Below, one piece after another: positions 19,670-29,172 of a stretch of DNA of 64,000 nt. The number at the start of each line of letters is the position of its first letter. Within the stretch, counting starts at the first letter, position 1. Under the pieces are notes generated by a model that saw only the letters and a list, made by a program, of their open reading frames with translations, was not told the origin of the DNA and did no database searches. Both the position numbers and the translations under genes were made by a program. The DNA is from Dehalococcoidia bacterium (GTDB lineage: Bacteria; Chloroflexota; Dehalococcoidia; Lucifugimonadales; UBA3495), in assembly GCA_963668585.1 (NCBI GenBank), contig OY764869.1:3147106-3211105 (forward strand), in the 5' to 3' direction.

Positions 19670-20569
19670 TTGAGCGAGAAGATTGGTTTCATCGGGTTGG
19701 GGCGCATGGGGCTGCCCATGTCGTACAACCTGCTGCGGGCGGGGTATGACCTGACGGTGCACAACCGCAGCCAGGAAAAGGTACGCCAGATCGCGGACGC
19801 CGGAGCGACCGCCGCAACCTCCACTGCCCAGGTGATGGAGAACTGCGACATCGTGCTGGCGTGCCTCCCCGACGTTGCAACGTGCGAGGCGGTGCTGCTG
19901 GAAGCGGACGGTGCGTTGCTCAACGCGCGGCCGGGACAGATCATCGTTGACCACAGCACCGTTGGAGCCTCAACGTCCAAGGCCTGCGCCGCCGCCGCCG
20001 AGGCACGCGGCGCGATGTTTCTGGATGCTCCGATCAGCGGCGGCACGGAACGGGCTACCGACGGAACGCTGACCATCATGGTCGGGGGCCCGGCGGAAGC
20101 ATACCGGCGGGCGCAGCCGGCCTTCGATGTCATGGGGGCGGTGGTGCATCACGTCGGGCCGACCGGGTCGGGGACGGCGGCGAAACTGGTGAACCAACTC
20201 TTGGTGGGTGTCCACAAGGTCGCGGCGGCGGAAGCCATGCTGCTGGCGGCCAAGTCAGGGGCGGACCCGGCGCTGGTATTTGAGCTTGTCAACTCCGGTT
20301 GGGGGCAGAGTTTCATCCTAGGCCGCAACGCGCCGGCAATGCTGGACCGGGACTTTGAGGGCGTCCGCACACAACTGCGCGTGTTCCTGAAGGACCTGGG
20401 CTTGATTCAGGAAATGGCCCGCGATTTGGAAACACCCATACCGGGCGGAGATTTGGCCTATCGGCTATTCTACGAAGCGGTCGAGCAGGGTTTGGGAGAT
20501 ATGGACGGGGCAGCAATCGTGCTGCCGATGGAGGAACAGGCCGGTTTCGAGATACAGCGTAAATCGTGA
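19670..20569 (+). CDS. NAD(P)-dependent beta-hydroxyacid dehydrogenase (3-hydroxyisobutyrate/tartronate-semialdehyde reductase family)
   Basis: TTG start with SD AAGGAG. Rossmann motif IGFIGLGRMGLPM; DAPISGG; GSGTAAKLVNQ. Confidence 0.9.
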   Translation: MSEKIGFIGLGRMGLPMSYNLLRAGYDLTVHNRSQEKVRQIADAGATAATSTAQVMENCDIVLACLPDVATCEAVLLEADGALLNARPGQIIVDHSTVGASTSKACAAAAEARGAMFLDAPISGGTERATDGTLTIMVGGPAEAYRRAQPAFDVMGAVVHHVGPTGSGTAAKLVNQLLVGVHKVAAAEAMLLAAKSGADPALVFELVNSGWGQSFILGRNAPAMLDRDFEGVRTQLRVFLKDLGLIQEMARDLETPIPGGDLAYRLFYEAVEQGLGDMDGAAIVLPMEEQAGFEIQRKS

Positions 20570-20628
20570 GGCCAACCAGACACCTGCACGCACACTCTCA
20601 GTGCAGACTTTTAACGAGGAGCAACCCA

Positions 20629-21540
20629 ATGCCCGAGGAAAAGATTGTTTATTTCAACGGGGAGATGACACCCGCGAGCCAGGTGGGTCTTTCGATTTAT
20701 GATCGCGGGTTCCTGTATGGAGACGCGGTATTCGACGCGACGCGCACCTTCGGCGGCAGGACGTTCCGGCTGGACCGGCACATTGACCGCCTCTACAACT
20801 CGCTGCGGTACCTGCGGATCGACGTGGAGATGAGCAAGGCGGAAATGACCGAAGCCACGGAGGCCGTCGTCGCGCACAATTATCCACTGCTGCCGCCGGG
20901 ACAGGATATGTGGGTGATGCAGCGCATCAGCCGGGGCGTGGAGGCGCCGGAACGCTCGGGCGGGTTGAAACCTACGATCATCATCGAGAGCCACGCCATA
21001 CCCTTCGCCAGCCGCGCCCCGCTGTACAAGGACGGCGCACGCATCAACACGCCGTCGGTGCCGCGCGTGCCACCCCGCTTTCTGAGTCCACGGGCCAAGA
21101 CCCACAACTACCTCAACCTCATCATGGGCGAACTGGAAGCACACGGGGACGACCCCGACGCCTGGGCAATCCTGCTGGACGAGTTCGGCAACCTCACGGA
21201 GGGGCGCGGCAGCAACGTTTTCCTGGTGAAGGACGGCGTTGCCATGACTCCGAAGTCTCAGTACGTATTGGAAGGCGTCACGCGTAACCAGACGCTGGAA
21301 CTGGCCACCGGCCTGGGCATTCCAACTATTGAGTGCGACCTGGATCTGTATGACGCGTACACTGCCGACGAGGCGTTTTTGACCTCTACGAGCCTGTGCA
21401 TCTGCCCGGTGTCGGGGGTGAACGGTGCGCCGGTGGCCGACGGAATGGTGCCGGGCCCGGTGACTCACCAGCTCATGACAGCATTCAGCGACCTGGTCGG
21501 GATGGACTTCGCGGAGCAATACCTGGCGCACCTGGAGTAA
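20629..21540 (+). CDS. class IV (branched-chain/D-amino-acid) aminotransferase
   Basis: ORF track 20566..21540; start moved to ATG 20629 (SD GAGGA). DRGFLYGDAVFDATRTF, EGRGSNVFLVKDG, LEGVTR motifs. Confidence 0.9.
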   Translation: MPEEKIVYFNGEMTPASQVGLSIYDRGFLYGDAVFDATRTFGGRTFRLDRHIDRLYNSLRYLRIDVEMSKAEMTEATEAVVAHNYPLLPPGQDMWVMQRISRGVEAPERSGGLKPTIIIESHAIPFASRAPLYKDGARINTPSVPRVPPRFLSPRAKTHNYLNLIMGELEAHGDDPDAWAILLDEFGNLTEGRGSNVFLVKDGVAMTPKSQYVLEGVTRNQTLELATGLGIPTIECDLDLYDAYTADEAFLTSTSLCICPVSGVNGAPVADGMVPGPVTHQLMTAFSDLVGMDFAEQYLAHLE

Positions 21541-21595
21541 CCCGGCCCGCTTTGGCGTCGCTGAACACAATGGACACGATTTGACGGGGGTTGAT

Positions 21596-22513
21596 ATGAC
21601 CGAATATCTGGCAGGGATTGTTGAGTCTGGGCAGGAAGCGCAGCAACTGGCGACCGATTTCGCGTTCACGGAGGGGCCGTTGTGGCATCCCGACGGCTAC
21701 TGGCTGTTTGTTGACCTGCGCCGGGAACCGCCGGTGATCCACCGTATGTCGCCGGCCGGCGGCACTCCGGACATCATCAGGGAGCCGAGCGGCGGTACCA
21801 ACGGGATGACCTTTGACCTGCTGGGACGCCTGCTGATGTGCGAGGGCGACAACCGGCGCATCACTCGGATGGAATCCGACGGCACCATCACGGTGATGGC
21901 GGAACGGTGGGATGGCAAGCGCTTTCACCGACCCAACGACATCGTGTGCCGCAGCGACGGGAGCATCTATTTCACCAATCCCAGCGGGCGCGTTCCCGAG
22001 GACCAACAGGAGATTGAATGGCCGGGCACCCTCCACCGCATCGCCGCCGACGGCACGGTGGATCTGTTGGCCCACGACATCGACTTCCCCAACGGCATCG
22101 CGTTCTCACCGGACGAGTCGGTGCTCTATGTGTCCAACACCCGTAGGTTGGGCGAGCGTCCCGACCAGTATTGGGACGGCGAGATCAAGCAGAACCAGTT
22201 CATCCAGGCTTACGACGTCTCCGACGATGGCTCGCTGAGCAACAGCCGGGTGTTTGGCAGCATGGCATCGGCGGAGGACGGCGTGCCCGACGGCATGAAG
22301 GTGGACGCCGAGGGCCGCGTGTATTGCACCGGATCCGGCGGCGTGTGGGTGTTTGCGCCGAACGGCGATCATCTTGGCATCATCAGGGTGCCGGAGATAC
22401 CCGCCAACTGCGCGTTCGGCGGGCCGGACTTCCGGACGATGCTGTTCACGGCGCGCACGTCAGTGTACAGCCTGAGAATGACGACGCCGGGCGCGGCGCT
22501 CCCGAGCGTCTAA
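21596..22513 (+). CDS. SMP-30/gluconolactonase/LRE family protein
   Basis: FTEGPLWHPDG, RPNDIVCRSDGSIYFTNP, PNGIAFSPDESVLYVSNT, PDGMKVDAEGRVYC six-bladed propeller signatures. Start moved to ATG 21596. Confidence 0.85.
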   Translation: MTEYLAGIVESGQEAQQLATDFAFTEGPLWHPDGYWLFVDLRREPPVIHRMSPAGGTPDIIREPSGGTNGMTFDLLGRLLMCEGDNRRITRMESDGTITVMAERWDGKRFHRPNDIVCRSDGSIYFTNPSGRVPEDQQEIEWPGTLHRIAADGTVDLLAHDIDFPNGIAFSPDESVLYVSNTRRLGERPDQYWDGEIKQNQFIQAYDVSDDGSLSNSRVFGSMASAEDGVPDGMKVDAEGRVYCTGSGGVWVFAPNGDHLGIIRVPEIPANCAFGGPDFRTMLFTARTSVYSLRMTTPGAALPSV

Positions 22514-22592
22514 TTTACACGGACGGACAGGACGAACCGGCATTTGCCGGCAATCCTGTTCGTCGTTCCCGCCAGGGATACGAGGCAATTCC

Positions 22593-23726
22593 ATGAGAGA
22601 GTTTGATGCCATAGTCATAGGAGTGGGCGGCATGGGCAGCGCCGCCGTGTACCACCTGGCACGGCGCGGATGGAAGGTTCTGGGGTTGGAGCAGTACGAT
22701 ATCCCCAACGAAATGGGGTCGTCGCACGGCGTCAGCCGGATGATACGACTGGCGTATCACGAGGACCCGTCGTACGTCCCGCTGCTGTACCGCGCCTACG
22801 AGTTGTGGCATCAACTGGAAAACCTGGCTGGAGAGCGATTGCTGGTCAGCACCGGTTGCGTGCGGGGTGGAGTGGGAGCCAACAAACTGCTGGAGGGTTC
22901 GCTGGCGACGGTGAAAGAACACAACCTGCCGTACCGAATGCTGAGCGGACCCGACGTCAACCGGGAATGGCCCGGTTATCAACTGCCCGAGGACGCCGAG
23001 ATGCTGTTCGAACCGCAGGGCGGGTTCGTCCTTTCAGAACGCTGCATCGTCGCGCACGCATCGGCGGCGATGGATTTGGGCGCCGAGGTGCACGGTCGCG
23101 AAGCGGCGCTGGCATGGGAACCCACCGCTGGCGGTGGAGTCGTGGTAACCACCGACAAGGATACCTACTCGGCCCGGAGGCTGGTGGTAACGGCCGGCGC
23201 GTGGGCCGGCAAGGTCGCCCCTGAGATCGCCCGCCACGCCGTTCCCGAGCGCCAGGTACTGGGTTGGTTCGCTCCATACCGTCCCGAACTTTTCAAACCG
23301 GAGACGTTCCCGGTTTTTGGAATGGAAGTCGAGGAAGGGAGATTCTACGGCTTCCCGTCCTACGGGATACCGGGGTTCAAGCTCGGAATGTTCAACCACT
23401 TCCAGGAACAGGTGGACCCCGACAGCATGGACCGGGAACCGAACGCGCGCGACGAAGCGGCGCTGCGTCAGTTCACGGAACGCTACTTTCCGGAGGCGGC
23501 GGGGCCGACGCTGGCGTTGAAAACCTGTATGTTCACCAACACCCCGGATGAACACTTCATAATCGACACGCTGCCAGACAACCCGCAGGTATCCGTGGCG
23601 GCCGGTTTCTCGGGGCATGGTTTCAAGTTCTGCAGCGTGGTTGGGGAGATCATGGCCGACCTCGCGGAACACGGCTCCACACAGCATGACGTTGGCCTGT
23701 TCAAACTGGGGCGGTTCGACGGATAG
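22593..23726 (+). CDS. monomeric sarcosine oxidase / N-methyltryptophan oxidase family flavoenzyme
   Basis: FDAIVIGVGGMGSAAVYHLA dinucleotide fold; CMFTNTPDEHFIID (covalent-FAD Cys context); FSGHGFKF. Confidence 0.85.
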   Translation: MREFDAIVIGVGGMGSAAVYHLARRGWKVLGLEQYDIPNEMGSSHGVSRMIRLAYHEDPSYVPLLYRAYELWHQLENLAGERLLVSTGCVRGGVGANKLLEGSLATVKEHNLPYRMLSGPDVNREWPGYQLPEDAEMLFEPQGGFVLSERCIVAHASAAMDLGAEVHGREAALAWEPTAGGGVVVTTDKDTYSARRLVVTAGAWAGKVAPEIARHAVPERQVLGWFAPYRPELFKPETFPVFGMEVEEGRFYGFPSYGIPGFKLGMFNHFQEQVDPDSMDREPNARDEAALRQFTERYFPEAAGPTLALKTCMFTNTPDEHFIIDTLPDNPQVSVAAGFSGHGFKFCSVVGEIMADLAEHGSTQHDVGLFKLGRFDG

Positions 23727-23743
23727 ACGATTGAAGGTACGAC

Positions 23744-24920
23744 ATGAAAATCACCGACGTTGAAGCGATCGCGCTGGTTTGGCCCGCTCCGGAACGGGAA
23801 TACTGGACTGCGCTGCGCCCAATTGGGCGAGTGAGCGAGTTGCTGGTGCGGGTGCATACCGATGCCGGGTTCTATGGCATCGGCGAGGCTCATGGGGCCG
23901 GACAGGGCTTTGCCGGCATCTACCGCCAGGACCCCGACGGGAGTCTGCACGCGGACGGCGCATCCAGGGCGGTGGTTGACGTCCTCAAGCCGATGCTGCT
24001 GGGACGCGACCCGGTTGACAACGAACGACTGTGGGACGAGATGTTCGGCCTGTGCCACCGCATTGGCTGGGCAGCCACCGGAATACGGCCGCCCACAAAT
24101 CCTGACCGCCCTGGCGGCGGTGGACATCGCGTTGTGGGACATCAAGGGCAAGGCGGCCAACATGCCGGTGTATAAATTGCTGGGCGGGCACAGCAATACG
24201 GCGCCGTGCTACGTCACCGGCGGTTACTACCAGGATGGCAAGTCTGTTTCGGACCTCGCTCGGGAATGTGAGACCTATGTCGATATGGGCTACGAAGCTA
24301 TCAAGTTGAAGATCGGGCACGTGAGCCTGGCGGAAGACTACCAGCGGGTCAGCGCCGTGCGGAGCGCGGTGGGCGATGGCATCGACCTGATGGTTGACGT
24401 GAACGAGGGTTGGGATGTGGACACGGCCATTCGGGGAGCGCGGATGCTGGAACCGTTGAACATCCGCTGGCTGGAGGAACCGGTGCATTGGTATGACCGC
24501 GTGGAGGGTCTGGGCAAGGTGGCCGCGGCCACGACGATCCCAATAGCGTCCGGAGAGAACGCCGTCACCCGGTGGGACGCTAGGGACCTAATCCGCAGGG
24601 GCGGCGTGCGGGTCATGCAATTCGACAGCACGCGCAATTGCGGAATCACCGAATGCCTCCGCATCGCCGGACTGTGCTCCGCCGAAAACGTCCGACTGGC
24701 CCCGCATCATGACCCCCAGGTGCATGGGCACATCGTGGCCGGCCTTGAGGTTGGGGAGATCTGCGAGACGTTCCCCTCGGCTGACCGCGACCCGATCTGG
24801 GAGGAACTTTTCACCGCCAGGCCGGAGATTTCCGGCGGCAAGCTGACACTTTCAGATAAACCGGGTTGGGGTGTCGAACTGGACGAGCGCACGCTGGAAC
24901 GGCGGGGCGTCTGGGCGTAG
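23744..24920 (+). pseudogene. mandelate racemase/muconate lactonizing (enolase-superfamily) gene interrupted by a 1-nt frame break
   Basis: The N-terminal capping domain is in the frame of 23744 (MKITDVEAIALV...NERLWDEMFGLCHRIGW). The barrel is in the next frame from about 24080 (EYGRPQILTALAAVDIALWDIKGK...DLMVDVNEGW...WLEEPV...SGENA). The two ORF-track entries 23744..24175 and 23862..24920 overlap. Confidence 0.75.
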
Positions 24921-24921
24921 C

Positions 24922-25296
24922 GTGGTCTGGTTGCTGGTCGCCGCAGGAGGCGCGGCGGGTTCGGTGCTTCGATATGCGGTGAACCGCCTGGCAGCCCACT
25001 ATCTGGGCGCGGACACGGTGGTGGGGATATTCGCGGTCAACGTGGTCGGCTCGTTTGCTCTCGGTTTCCTTGCCACGGTGTTCATAGACCGCAGCGGCCT
25101 GCCCGCCGAATTGAGGGCGATGGCAACCGTGGGCGTGCTGGGTGGGTTCACCACCTTTTCCACCCTCGCCTACGATGGCGTGAGGTTGTTTGCCGGCGGC
25201 GAGTACGCCCGGGCCGGGATCTCGTTGGCCGCGAACCTGGTGGTGGGGTTGGCCGCAGCGTGGCTGGGCGTGTTGGTCGCGCGGGCCGCCACCTGA
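24922..25296 (+). CDS. crcB: fluoride ion channel CrcB/FluC
   Basis: ORF track 24871..25296; start moved to GTG 24922, directly after the upstream stop. Hydrophobic segments consistent with a four-TM CrcB; GAAGSVLRY, NVVGSFALGF, GGFTTFST motifs. Confidence 0.85.
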   Translation: MVWLLVAAGGAAGSVLRYAVNRLAAHYLGADTVVGIFAVNVVGSFALGFLATVFIDRSGLPAELRAMATVGVLGGFTTFSTLAYDGVRLFAGGEYARAGISLAANLVVGLAAAWLGVLVARAAT

Positions 25297-25386
25297 ATCC
25301 ATCGGCCCGCCGACCAGTTGCCCTGGGCGTCTTGAAACGGTCAACCCGCCCAGGCGCATATGACCCGGCCCGCCGGGCGCGCCCCG

Positions 25387-26214
25387 CTACCCGTGCGCGT
25401 CGGCCTCAACGTCGGCCAGGAACTCCAGCACGCGCGTCGTGTATTTCTCCGGCTCCTCGCTGTGAGGCCGCACTTCCGCCCACCGGCAGTTGGGAACCAG
25501 CCGATGCACCGCTTCGGCCAGGCGCCTCGGGTGAACGTCGTTGTTGCCCGGCATGACCATCGCGGGGACGGCCACGCTCTTCAGCGCCTTTTCGCTCATG
25601 CCCAGAGTCAGATAAGGGCCGTCAAAAAGGGCATAGATGGTGTCCCGCATCACCTGGACAAAGTCTTCCGTGTTGACGGCCTCCAGATCTTTGCGGTAAC
25701 CGGGATCGGTCTGGGCCAATTCCGGGCTGAAGGGGGAAAAACGGTCGTCGGGGTCAAACGCATCCACCACCGATGCAATGCTGTCATTTTCCGCCATGTC
25801 CATGCTCTTAAAAAGCTTGGCGGCAAGGTACGCATCGCAGATGACTCCGCCCGCGATGTTGGAAGGGAAAATGGCGCGAACCCGCTCCGGCCGTCGGACG
25901 GCGCAACCCAGGGAGATCGCCGCCCCGAAGGAGCCACCGCCGAGGTAGGCTTGCTCGATGCCCAAACTGTCCATCAGGCCAAACACGTCGTCGCACACCA
26001 TCTCCCAGGTTTGCACCACCAGCGGGCTGCGGGACTTGCCGCCAAACCGCCGGTCGTACACCACCACCCTGTGCTCCTCGGACAACGCATCGATCACCGG
26101 GCCATAGCTGCTGGCGACACCCTGCAGGCCGCCCGGCGAAAGGATTATTGGGGGCCCACTCCCGGACTCTTCGTAATAAATCTCGGCGCCGTTCACTCTC
26201 GTCGTAGCCATCAT
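25387..26214 (-). CDS. alpha/beta-fold hydrolase
   Basis: ORF track 25387..26247; start moved to ATG 26214 (SD GGGAGG). VNGAEIYYEESGSGPPIIL; nucleophile elbow GGSFGA; C-terminal H in ...VRPHSEEPE. Confidence 0.85.
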   Translation of the reverse strand: MMATTRVNGAEIYYEESGSGPPIILSPGGLQGVASSYGPVIDALSEEHRVVVYDRRFGGKSRSPLVVQTWEMVCDDVFGLMDSLGIEQAYLGGGSFGAAISLGCAVRRPERVRAIFPSNIAGGVICDAYLAAKLFKSMDMAENDSIASVVDAFDPDDRFSPFSPELAQTDPGYRKDLEAVNTEDFVQVMRDTIYALFDGPYLTLGMSEKALKSVAVPAMVMPGNNDVHPRRLAEAVHRLVPNCRWAEVRPHSEEPEKYTTRVLEFLADVEADAHG

Positions 26215-26509
26215 CCCACCTCCCGGAAGGCATCCCTGCGACCGCATATGCAGTTACAGGGAAAGAGACTTTGCGCAAATTATAGATGCGCCCGGTGTCG
26301 CGGGCAATGCGTACATCCACCAACCCCGAATGACGTTTTGCCCGCGCAACAGGTGCAGAATGATCTTTCGAAGCGCTCCATCGGAAAGGGCCGGTTGATC
26401 CGTAGACAACCCATCGGAAACCCCCGATTCCCTGCTTCGCGGCGTTGCCCGGCCGGAATCACAATGATAGAATGCCGTCCATTATGTCCAGTCAAATTTT
26501 CAGAATAAG

Positions 26510-27412
26510 ATGGAACGGGTGACAAAATTGTCAAACTTCGAAGACTACTTGATAGTGAGCGAATTTCCTGAACAACCGATTGAACGAATGGTGGTGGCGT
26601 TCCGGGGTTGGCCTGACGCTGGCGACGCGGCGACTGCCACGCTGAACTACCTGCTGACAACCTTCGAAGCCGAGAAATTCGCAGAGATTGACCCCGAGGA
26701 ATTTTTCAATTTCGCTCAGGAGCGGCCTCGCTCCACCCGCAGCAAGGACGGCAAGCGCCACTTGCAATGGCCGTCCAATGAATTCTACCTGTGGCGTGGC
26801 AACGAGAGCGCGCCGCCGGCCCTTTTGTACCTGGGCACCGAGCCGCACCTGCGTTGGCGCACGTTCTCGTCGCTGGTGGCGGACGTCGCACGACGGTGCG
26901 GTGTGAAGTCGGTGGTGCATATCGGAGCCTTGCTGGACGCCGTGCCCCACACGCGATCCATACGGTTCACCGGAACATCCACCAACAACGCCGTACAGTC
27001 CAGTTTTGACCGGAGCAACATCAGGTCGTCGAATTACCAGGGCCCTTCCGGAATCACATTGCCGATTTCCGAATCACTGACCGCGCGTGGGATCAGCTAC
27101 ACATCCCTGTGGGGGCATGTTTCCCACTACCTCCACGCCACGCCCAATTTCCGAGTGAGCCTGGGACTGGCGCGTTACCTTTCCGATATGCTGGCGCTGC
27201 CCATAGATCTGGGCAAGTTGTACAACATGGCCGACGCCTTTGATCGGGAAGTCGAAAAAGTGATCTCCGAGGACGAGCAGCTTGGCAAATATATCCTGAC
27301 GCTGGAAGAGCGGTACGACACCGCCAGCGAAACCAGGGAAATGCCCGATCCCGCCGACCTTGTGAAGGAACTTGAACAGTTCCTCCGGGCGGAACGCAGC
27401 GGCGGCCCGTAA
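26510..27412 (+). CDS. PAC2 (proteasome assembly chaperone 2-like) family protein
   Basis: MVVAFRGWPDAGDAATATLNYLL...LYLGTEPHLRWRTF...VVHIGALLDAVPHTR resembles PAC2 family proteins. A candidate extended -10 TGATAGAAT lies at 26465-26473. Confidence 0.7.
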   Translation: MERVTKLSNFEDYLIVSEFPEQPIERMVVAFRGWPDAGDAATATLNYLLTTFEAEKFAEIDPEEFFNFAQERPRSTRSKDGKRHLQWPSNEFYLWRGNESAPPALLYLGTEPHLRWRTFSSLVADVARRCGVKSVVHIGALLDAVPHTRSIRFTGTSTNNAVQSSFDRSNIRSSNYQGPSGITLPISESLTARGISYTSLWGHVSHYLHATPNFRVSLGLARYLSDMLALPIDLGKLYNMADAFDREVEKVISEDEQLGKYILTLEERYDTASETREMPDPADLVKELEQFLRAERSGGP

Positions 27413-27626
27413 CGGCGGCAGCGCTTCGGTCACGCGATTCAGCATGATCCTTCGACAGGATCCGGATTTCCCGGGGCGCCGACATAGGCGGTGATCCTTT
27501 GGGCCCGGGGCGGGTTGGATGGTCGGCTTGCGGCCCCAACATCGGGGCGTTATAGTCAGGTTGCGACCCAACCCCAACCTGCTTTTGAGAGGAAGTCTCT
27601 TGACGATTTTTGACTGGCCGGCCCGA

Positions 27627-28280
27627 ATGCAGCAGATGGCCGATTTCGTGGGTTTCACGGACGACGACCTGTCCCTGGTGCGGGCCAGCGGGCCGCTGCT
27701 GTTGGCCCGCGCCGACGAACTGACTTCTGCGGTGTACGACCACTTTTTGCAATTCCCGGCGACGGCCCGGTTCTTTCTAACCCCGGAGGGGGAGATTGAC
27801 CAGACTCGCCTGGACCGACGCAAGCACAGCCTGGCCCGCTGGCTCAGGAACAGCATCGATTTCCAACTGGACGAGCAGTTCCCGGTTTTCCTGCTGGCCA
27901 TGAGCGTGGTGCACAGCAACCCATCGTTGGAACGCGGGTACCTGGGGTCGGTGCCGGCCAGGTTCATGATCGGCACCATGTCCTTCGCCCAGACGGCGAT
28001 CGCGGGGGTGCTGGCAGAAGACATGGCCGACCAAAGCCAGGTTTTGCCCACATCCGTGGCATGGAACAAGCTGTTCATGCTCCAATTGGACGTGCTGCTG
28101 GCCGGCTACGTAACGGAGACGCCGACACCGGCCAGCGACCCGCCGAAACCCGAGGGCGACGGCGATGAGGATTCTGGAGAAGAACCCCAGGGCATGCGCA
28201 GGGTGCTCACCAACATCCTGGATGACAACCGACAGAACGCAAGCCCAAACGGGTCGGCCCATCAAAATCAAGGAGAATGA
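27627..28280 (+). CDS. stand-alone protoglobin (globin-coupled-sensor type globin domain) with acidic disordered tail
   Basis: ORF track 27519..28280; start at ATG 27627 (alternative TTG 27600 behind GAGAGGAAG). FTDDDLSLVRASGPLLLARADELTSAVYDHFLQFPATARFF...RRKHSLARWL...LLAMSVVHSNP (candidate proximal His). No output domain. Confidence 0.7.
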   Translation: MQQMADFVGFTDDDLSLVRASGPLLLARADELTSAVYDHFLQFPATARFFLTPEGEIDQTRLDRRKHSLARWLRNSIDFQLDEQFPVFLLAMSVVHSNPSLERGYLGSVPARFMIGTMSFAQTAIAGVLAEDMADQSQVLPTSVAWNKLFMLQLDVLLAGYVTETPTPASDPPKPEGDGDEDSGEEPQGMRRVLTNILDDNRQNASPNGSAHQNQGE

Positions 28281-28282
28281 CG

Positions 28283-28711
28283 ATGACCAAAGTCCTGGTA
28301 ATTCAAGGCGCCGGCATGAATATGCGCGGCAAGGTGCAGCTGGAGGTTTTCGGACCCAACACGCTGGATCAGATCAACGAACAGATCCGCGGGTACGGCG
28401 AAAGCCTCGGCGTGGACGTGAAAATCGTTCACTCGAACGTTGAGGGCGAGGTGGTGAACGCGTTGTACGACGCCTGGGAGGAAGGGTACGACGCCTGCCT
28501 GATCAACCCGGCCGGATACACCACGGGCAACGGCCCGCTGCGCGGCGCAATCCAACAGGTGCCGATGCCTGTGATCGAAGTCCACGCGAGCAATCCCACC
28601 GCCAGGGGCACCGTGTCGGCGGTGCTGCCGGTCAGCAAGGGCTGCGTGTACGGGTTCGGGGTCTATGGCTATTACCTGGCGTTGGAAGCGGTCAAGCACA
28701 CCAGCGAGTGA
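28283..28711 (+). CDS. type II 3-dehydroquinate dehydratase-fold protein (divergent)
   Basis: SD AAGGAG at 28270-28275; ATG 28283 (or 28277, overlapping the upstream TGA). VLVIQGAGMNMRG...LINPAGYT...VIEVHASN aligns with the AroQ family, but several catalytic positions differ (see findings). Confidence 0.65.
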   Translation: MTKVLVIQGAGMNMRGKVQLEVFGPNTLDQINEQIRGYGESLGVDVKIVHSNVEGEVVNALYDAWEEGYDACLINPAGYTTGNGPLRGAIQQVPMPVIEVHASNPTARGTVSAVLPVSKGCVYGFGVYGYYLALEAVKHTSE

Positions 28712-28738
28712 CTGTCCAATCGGTGAGGACCCCGCCAA

Positions 28739-28771
28739 GAAAAACCCCTCTCCGGACTGGAGAGGGGTTTT
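28739..28771. terminator. bidirectional intrinsic terminator
   Basis: AAAAA-CCCCTCTCC-GGACT-GGAGAGGGG-TTTT. It lies between the convergent stops at 28711 (+) and 28789 (-). Confidence 0.75.
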
Positions 28772-28788
28772 GAATTGCGTCGTTGCGG

Positions 28789-28986
28789 TTATTCGCAGCG
28801 CAGGCAGCGCACGTCCTTGAAGACGGTATCGTGGATGCCGGGATTGGTGATCAGGTAGTCCATGATGATGCGGACGACCTTGCCATCGTCGGCGATGTTG
28901 TACTTCTCCTTGGAGATGTTGATGAGGCCGATATGCTCTGCGTTGACATCAACGGCTAGTGCGGTTTTGGTTCCTGCCATTTCCAT
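28789..28986 (-). CDS. small hypothetical protein, possible ribbon-helix-helix fold
   Basis: SD AGGAG 3 nt before the ATG. The 65-aa product MEMAGTKTALAVDVNAEHIGLINISKEKYNIADDGKVVRIIMDYLITN...RCLRCE has a beta-alpha-alpha pattern and a C-terminal CxxC. Family not recognised. Confidence 0.5.
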   Translation of the reverse strand: MEMAGTKTALAVDVNAEHIGLINISKEKYNIADDGKVVRIIMDYLITNPGIHDTVFKDVRCLRCE

Positions 28987-29172
28987 TCGCTCCTGACGAT
29001 TTAGGGTGTGCCGGGCCGGTTCCGTGCCGGCGTTGCCAGCATAACATAGCGCCCATGCGGATGGGATTCGAGTTGAACGAATGCCGGCGTCGGCGGTTGT
29101 TGTGCTTCTTGAAAATCCCGCCGCCGACCTTTAGCCGTCATTTAATCGAACCGGCGAAGGGGAGGAAACTGA

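Noticed and set aside
24871-24921. A fluoride riboswitch expected upstream of crcB.
   Set aside because: The crcB GTG at 24922 lies one nucleotide after the stop of the preceding gene, and the upstream sequence is coding. There is no room for a crcB-motif RNA.
25360-26508. A 382-aa plus-strand ORF.
   Set aside because: It is antisense to the alpha/beta hydrolase, which has a GGSFGA nucleophile elbow and a strong SD. No motifs were recognised in the plus-strand ORF.
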